Source: Octopus vulgaris | Lineage: Eukaryota | Length of the DNA stretch: 64,000 nt | Reading direction: 5' to 3' | Assembly: GCA_951406725.2 (NCBI GenBank) | Contig: OX597819.1 | Coordinates: 116,312,001 to 116,376,000, forward strand | Shown: one piece after another, positions 56,554 to 64,000 of the stretch | Layout of the letters: every line of letters starts with the position of its first letter | How positions within the stretch are numbered: the first letter of the stretch is position 1 | The notes under the pieces: model-generated | Told to the model about the DNA's origin: nothing | Databases searched by the model: none | The model's input: the letters and a program-made list of their open reading frames with translations, nothing else | Made by a program: the position numbers and the translations under genes

Positions 56554-57682
56554 AGAGGAATGTCAAATAGAAAAGGAAGACGGAGGAACTGAAATCCTGA
56601 TGCAGCTATCGTAAGTTCAACACATTAACCACCAGGCCATGCCCCCTCAGATATATATGGTTCTCGATTGAAGCAGGAAAAAAAAATGAAGGCCTAGTTT
56701 TTTAGTTTTTTCTGGAATATTCAGGAATGGATAATCTTTGGTGGATTAAAAACTTTCAAGAAATTCTCGATTACATAATGGCGCAAGTCAAATAAAACAA
56801 CAACCGAAAAATGTTGTTCTAGGTTTATAGAATCGCTTGGACCATAAACTTTATGAAATGAATGAGAACAAAAAGATCATTATATAAACAGTACAATATG
56901 GAGCTTTTCCATATCAGTTTTGTTGTTTAACCCTAGGTCAACCGTTATGAAGTAAACTTATTATCCAAGACTAACCAACCATGATCATATTATTTCTTAC
57001 ATCTTGGAGTATCTAGGACTACATTAAACATTCCTTGTGGTTATTGCAATATATAATCAATTATTACAGCACTTTAACTTTATACAGAACGTAACACACA
57101 CGCGCACACACGCACACACATGTACACACACACATACACACACGTTGAACAAACAATAAATTCTCATTATCCCAGAACAAAAACAAAACTAAATAAATCA
57201 ATAAGCAAAACAAAAAAACGTATAAAAACTTTCTTCCAGAAATTTGCAGAATATTAATTTTTTAGATCCCATATTATCAAGCTATTCGAAAGATATGTAG
57301 AGATCAAAAACGCGTAACCTTCTACCCACCGTAAAAGTTAAAAAAGGAACACAACAAAAACAAATAAAAACAGCAACATTAAAAAGAACTATTTTCTACA
57401 TGAAAACAAAGTTGGCTTCCTTCTTTGTGGAAGAAATTGCCTTGCACTATTTTTCACCAAGAAATATTAAAATTTTTGGAAAATACCGATATTAAATTGT
57501 TTAGTAAAGCTTTTGATCGTGCTGAAACTCTCAGTTTATCGTGTTTTTAATGACTATATCCTTTAGATTTTTCACCCTCCATCACGAAATTTCATTTACC
57601 TTGCTGAAATATACGCGACTGTACGTATATGTGTATGAAAGTTTATGAGAGAATGAATGCCTATCGATCATTCTACGTTGAA

Positions 57683-57714
<32 letters not shown>

Positions 57715-58089
57715 CTGAATACATATGTATCTATCTATCTAAACTACTTGTACATATACACAGACATAGACAAAAATACTCTCTTTCTCTCTCTATGTCT
57801 CCATCCCCTCTCTATTTCTTACACGCACATACATATATATAAATCACTGCCACAATTGTACACAAGTATATATGCAAAAATATATAATACTAGTAGTGAT
57901 ATTTCGGAAATGCACAGAGAATATTATATAATATTATCTTTAGCAAAGGGATGGATGGTAATAGCATAATTGTATATTTCTCAGCGATGTACATAGAAAT
58001 GTAAAAATAGCACAGAAGACAACAAGACAGAGGAAAGAAATAACATTATATGTAGCCGAAGATAATTATACATATGTACATATAGGTAT

Positions 58090-58835
58090 AGCTAAAAGAA
58101 CTGGAGGAGGACTATTGCCAGCATACCCAAGAAAAGCAACATGAAACAGACGTCGAAATATTGGAAACTGTTCTACAGAAAATGTCATACAGCCAATTGT
58201 TTGTTCCTTCTCGAGCCACGCTTGGCTCATAAGGGCCGGTTTCCCGGTTTCCTTGGCGTATAGGTTCCCCACCTCGACGATACGCCGGTCCGTCGCAGGG
58301 GCGCTGCAAGATGCAGGAGGAAAGAGTGAGAGAAAGTTGTGGCGAAAGAGTCAGCAGAAGTTCGCCATTACCTTCTGCCGGAGCCGTGTGGAGATTAGGC
58401 GTTTCGCTCATAAGCATACGCATCGCCCGGTTTGAGATTCGAACCCGCGATCCCTCGACCGTGAGTCCACTGCTCTAACCACTAAGCCATATGCCTCCAC
58501 CAAACGGGCAATCTCCAAGTCAGACCTTATATCAGGCTATTGGCTGAAGAATTTCACCTTCTATCGACGAGATCTCATACAATTGTATGTAGAAATTATC
58601 AAAGACACCCTTGGTCTTCCCCAATGGTTTTCGTTTGCAAATACACTCCTTCAATAGCCAAATCACCCTTGTTAAACGTTGCTGCCCAGTAGCTGTCAGA
58701 ACATCCTTTAATTATGATTCACTTTGTGCTTCAATCTATTTTTGCATTGTCATCGTGCTACCGACTTAACAACACCTGAGCAAGCTGCCGGAAAGGGGTT
58801 ATATACAGCAGGCACAACTTACCAAGATGATCCAG
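58090..58835 (+). mobile_element. Degenerate R4/Dong-type RT N-terminal fragment, interrupted by a SINE
   Basis: LKELEEDYC..., ISGYWLKNF, LPQWF, PVA(C)QNI and EQAAG remnants. Confidence 0.6.
58197..58500 (-). mobile_element. SINE group A, third tail type
   Basis: Head gtggaggcatatggcttagtgg, B box ggttcgaatc, V-like cctgcgacggaccggcg, tail ggctcgagaaggaacaaacaa. Confidence 0.85.
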
Positions 58836-59151
58836 GAAAACCAAACCAAGAAATGAGAAGGAGCAAATCCAATAAAACTTAGAAACGAGGAGCAAATTGG
58901 AACTGATAGCATTCACAAACAAAAAGTCATCTTTCAGGGTGACATAGTGTCAGTTTTGTACAGTAAGTACGTACATGTATGCGTATAGCCATGCACACAT
59001 GCATGCGCACATACATGTAAACACATACATACATACGCACATACATACATACATACAAACATACATACATTTAAATTAAATTTAAATGGTGAAGTGAATC
59101 TAACGGATTTTGTGTGTTTCTTAAATGGCTTATAAACACCTTCCACGCTGC

Positions 59152-59230
<79 letters not shown>

Positions 59231-59342
59231 CATATATACATACAGATGTATATGCATGTATTTGTTAGTTTATATACATATATGGATAGAGAGAGAGATG
59301 GCTGATACACACGCGGGCAACACACACATATACACATATACG

Positions 59343-60640
59343 TACAGCGTGTGCCCAAAGTCATTAGAAAAATACAAAACTTTATGAAAATTACTAAGAA
59401 AACCGGACACTGTTCAAATGTTCACAAATGAAATAAATAGTGAAGTTTATATACGAATAGTTATTAAATATCTATATGGGCCCCATTTTTTCTGCGAGGG
59501 ACATTGAATTTCTATCCATGTCATTCAATTGCTATCTATGTTATTCAATTTCTACCCATGTCCTTCTTAATATACCTTCATCATCAGTCGCAATAGTCTT
59601 CAGTAGAGGCAGTATTCTTTGCTTAAAGCCATCCAAGCCCTTTAATGCAGTACACAATATCTTTCATTGAGGCCCACAAGAAAAAATCCGTATATGTGAG
59701 GAAGAAGGCCCTAAAATAGAGCCAACTCTTCATATTCCGGAATTTGGAAACCCTTTTTAAAAAGTAGGTGGACGTTTATTCTCCAATGAGATAGTGGCCA
59801 TCTTCCTGGAATATGATATCCGGATGGAGCTTTTCTAGTTGTAGCACACCGTATTCTTTTCGAATAGCAAAGTATGAGATTTTATTGTCTTTTCCAGAAA
59901 GAAATCTGAACCAATAACTTTGTAGCACGTAATCCTGCACAACACATTGACTTTTGGGGTCTTGCATTATGCTTATTAAGTTCCCCAGACACATGAAAGG
60001 TTGCCTCAACCGTAAAGCAGATGTGATTAAGTAAGTCATTTTCATCTTCGATATTTTTCAAGGCAGTAGTTGCAATTTCATTTCATTGCAGTTAGCCATT
60101 TAGCGTAAATACTTGCAATTATTGATTTTTAAATGCATAAAGCCAAAGGCTTTTAAGACACAGGTTATAAATTGTTGGCCTAGGTAGATGCAGTTGAGCG
60201 GAAGCAGTACGGATGGACTGAGACAAGGAGTGTTGAAAAGACTGATTTGTACGCTCAGCGTCTTCTTCAAATTCTCTTGAACTTCCACTTTATGGTTTAT
60301 ATAGCACCGTCCCTGGTTCCATAAATTGCCCATGGCAGTTACGAAATGAATGATGTGCCGGAGTTTTTTTTTTCATAATTAGCTGTGTAATTTCCTTATG
60401 CTTCAATATTCGACTTTGTTTCGATAAAGTAGGACACACATTGAGCTTTTTCTTGCAAATTAGTCTTCACCTGAAACATAAAAATATTAATTGCTATCTA
60501 AAACATAAAAGCATACGATTAATAAAACTATTAACACCATTAAAAGCTTTAATGATAAAAACATATTAATATTTTATTATTAAAAAAATTCAGTTGCTAC
60601 CGCGTCAAAGTTTTATATAATGATTTTCTGAAATTGCATA
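59343..60640 (-). mobile_element. Degenerate Tc1/mariner-superfamily transposon (maT/rosa-like)
   Basis: Terminus (ta)cagcgtgtgcccaaagtcatt. Minus-strand remnants QLEKLHPDIIFQEDG and DFFLW. Confidence 0.65.
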
Positions 60641-60672
60641 AAGACATTGAGGAAACCCTCTCTATTTAACTG

Positions 60673-60765
<93 letters not shown>

Positions 60766-61254
60766 TAGAATTTTATTCTGTGCCAGAACATTTTCTCTTG
60801 AAATGAAACATTCTGAGAAGTATACAGAAAATACATTTTATAACTCCGCAGCAAATGCATTGAATTCTTTACTCAGTTGACAGCTCAACAAACATATTCA
60901 AGTACATATTTATACTGTGACATACATATACACGCAGGCGTGGAGGATGTGCATGTACACACATACCTGCATACACACACATACACACGCACAAACACAT
61001 ACACACGCACACACACATATATAAATTCAGTATATTTCATCAAATAAATGAAATGACGCAGATTGGAAGTTAATCCTAGGCAAATATTTCTAACAAAGAG
61101 TACCGAGATTTTCATAACGAGAAGATCCATGGAAAAAATTCATATTAAAGACATATTCATCCGGATAAAAATATATATATAATAATAAAATTATTAATAA
61201 TATATCTGATTTCTAATGAAAGTGTAGAAGATTGATTTTCATACATCACTTAAA

Positions 61255-61680
61255 GACGTATCTTATAAACATATCTCTCAAGACCTACCAAAAACTGAGC
61301 TAGTATAAAGATCTTGAAAAAGAAATTGGCAAAATGTGGAACCTGAAGACTAAAATAATACCTGTTGTCATATGTGCCATAGGAATGAAAGTAAAAGGGG
61401 ATGATTGTTTCCTAGCTCAGATACCAGGAACCCCCAAAATGGCAGATATTCAAAAGATAGTACTCATGGGAACTGCTCATATCCTACGTGAAATACAGTC
61501 TATGTAATCTCAAATTTTAAAACAGACTCATAATTTTCTTATGTTTTCTTAAACATTCTCTAGAACAATGCAATGTGCATTACCAAATAGATGAACCTCT
61601 AACTTGTTGTCTAATGAAGTCTCTGGGTGAGACTTGGAGCCAAATTATACAAATACAACGCAAAAGTCAAACACAATATT
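61255..61680 (+). mobile_element. R4/Dong-like LINE 3' fragment, same family as 46385-46890
   Basis: Nucleotide homology through the RLE end and 3' UTR (ctctgggtgagacttgga.ccaa). Confidence 0.88.
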
Positions 61681-61699
61681 AATAATAAAAAAAAAATAG

Positions 61700-62460
61700 A
61701 GTAAGGAAGAAATTAATACTCTGTGTGAGAAAAAATACGATATTGTGACAGTAAATGAATATATGAATAAGGTAGACTCAGATAAAACAATTAAATAATT
61801 AAAGACAAACTTTATTAAATCTATTAGAAAGATTATGAATAAAAAGAAAACTTTAAAAACACTAGATACTTAAAAATAGTTAATGGCAAATATTCAGGAT
61901 TTGGATTTTCTGTTTCTCCCAAACTTTTTAGGATAATTTCCTCGTTTAATAATAGAAAACGCGATTTATTCTATGAAAATGAAAAAAAAAACAGAAATAG
62001 ATAGTATAGCACATAACAAAAAAGTAGAACAAAATAGTATGAATAATACCAATTACAATAAAATAACTATACAGAGTAACTAATATAAATCTACAAAGCA
62101 TAATAATACTTCATTATCTAGTCAAAATATATACTGTAATTGTATAGACCCAGATATATGAAATTAGACAGGGATAGCAGAGTAAAAACGTCATATACCA
62201 GGCAACAGCAATTACGGATCGACGCAGAACTGGGTTAAATTCAGTATACCTAAGAACGAATAGATTTTTAGGGACCAAAATTAAAATGAATAGTACAAGA
62301 CTAAGAAAATTAAGGCATATGAAAAAAAATTAACTACACAATCAAATGGAACATATTCGCACATGCACCTAGTTAGAAAATTAGCAATAAATTATGTAGA
62401 TTATGCCTAGAAGAAAGCTATAAAATAATGAAACGTAAAGGGAAATTTTGTAGGCTTTTC
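61700..62460 (+). mobile_element. Degenerate Penelope-like element (Naiad-like linker and GIY-YIG)
   Basis: YCNCIDPDI..., NVIYQAT, NSTRL, NYTIKWNI and LCRLCLEE remnants. Confidence 0.75.
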
Positions 62461-62634
62461 TAGTATCATATTTATAAATGTATTAATTTTCTGTTGGTCC
62501 ATCCATATGTAGGAAAATTAATATCCTCTTGTAATTTTTATAGAATTTATTTTAAGTTAAATTATATCATTTTAAAGATGTATATGCCTGAGTATCTATT
62601 TACCTGTATTTGCATGTGGATGTATGAAAAACTG

Positions 62635-62665
<31 letters not shown>

Positions 62666-63654
62666 GAGAGAGAGAGAGAGAGATATGTGAGCATGCGGGA
62701 TTATCCATTTAAATGATTGTATACGTGCATATCTATACACATATACTTATATATATGTATGTATCAATATGTATATATATATATGTATATATATTTATAT
62801 ATACATATATATATATGTGTGGCTTTTTCTTCATCAGTGTGGATATATATCTTGAGTTCTTTATTAGTCCATGAAATTGACATATTGATGTTCGACAGTA
62901 ATTTTTAATATGCACCTCTTTTTGTATAAACAGAGTTAAACCTATATGTATGTATGTATTTATAAGAAAAATGTAGCCAGTAAAATATGTTTTTTTTAAT
63001 GTTCTCTCCCCTGAATTTCTTATAAATACATACCATTAGTTTTTTTCGCTCTCGCGTTTGGGAAAAATATCACAATATTTTCGCCGTAGACAAAATATAT
63101 CGATGAAATAATATTTTTTAATCTAAACATTCAAAAATCTTTCTTCAATACGAAGTATAGCTTAGTATTACTTTTATTACAATTTACGACAGTCACGTAA
63201 ATGATCCCCTTTAGATACGTCTTTACACGTATGTACTTCGTAAGTTTCATTCTTTTAAATTTATCTAGCTGTTTTTAGATAATCTATGTAACATATATTA
63301 CCTATATCGTCAATCGATTATTGATTTTTCTGAAATACATAAATAAAAAACAAATATATATATAAACTATTAATCAATCTCAATTGGTAGTTCTAACTTC
63401 CAATTTACTTAAAAGCATAGTAGGTATGATAGATGAGGATTATGAAATTTTAAAATATGAATTTGAAATAAAATATAGCTCCTTATTTTTTTATTTTTGA
63501 ATGTACATACATATACAACCTGACCAATATGTTCTTTAGGGAATTTTTTTTAATATACAAATACCTATTCAACAATGATAACTAAGAAAAATTGAAGGTA
63601 TATTTCGAATGCCTTTTTGTTTATTTTTCCTTTAAATCTCACCTACTGAAGCGT

Positions 63655-64000
63655 AGAAATTTGACCTTCGTGATGTTTTCTTTACGGAAATCTGCACAGC
63701 CTCAAAGTAGCGGTCTGGTGTGTTGTTGGAAAAGCTGCCGTAATTACTCCTTACTCTTTTGAATACAGTAATGGAACTCTGGGCGTTAGATCAAGATGAT
63801 AAATAACTTCTTTGTGCCTGAATTATCACGAAAACATGTACCTATTCGACGTGTGTGGTTTCAGCAGAATAGGGCGACGGCTCACACAGCCAGAGCTTCA
63901 AAGGTCATTCTTCGCCCTCTCTTTGATGACCATCTCACTTGCAGGTTTGCTCACATTCCTGATTTATCCATGTATGATTATTCGTTGTGGGGAGACCTCA
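63655..64000 (+). mobile_element. Tc1/mariner (rosa DD41D-like) transposase fragment, runs off the window
   Basis: LHSLKVAVWC, MINNFFVPEL, VWFQQNRATAHTA and PDLSMYDYSLWGDL. Confidence 0.8.

Overview
AT-rich, microsatellite-saturated eukaryotic genomic DNA. The repeat content (tRNA-headed CORE-, V- and Nin-type SINEs, R4/Dong LINEs, Penelope-like elements) points to a coleoid cephalopod, probably Octopus; this is an inference. I can support no intact host gene, and most ORFs in the track are microsatellite translations. The window is largely decayed transposons: RLE-type R4/Dong LINE fragments mostly sitting in (TAA)n, Penelope-like element (PLE) fragments with GIY-YIG remnants, several Tc1/mariner relics, a Chapaev3-like relic, a Helitron fragment and three SINE groups. 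Highlights: (1) at least five structurally complete minimal type-I hammerhead ribozymes with palindromic stem III, from several different families; (2) a short non-coding element that joins a tRNA-like head, (TAA)n and a hammerhead, found as a head-to-head inverted pair; (3) three ~2 kb ORF1-only (HAL1-like) L1/Tx1-type retroposons, one cleanly bounded by a 15-bp TSD inside a SINE; (4) a perfect hairpin with 100-bp arms; (5) a strong minus-strand bias of two SINE groups. Boundaries of degenerate elements are approximate and were read by eye.
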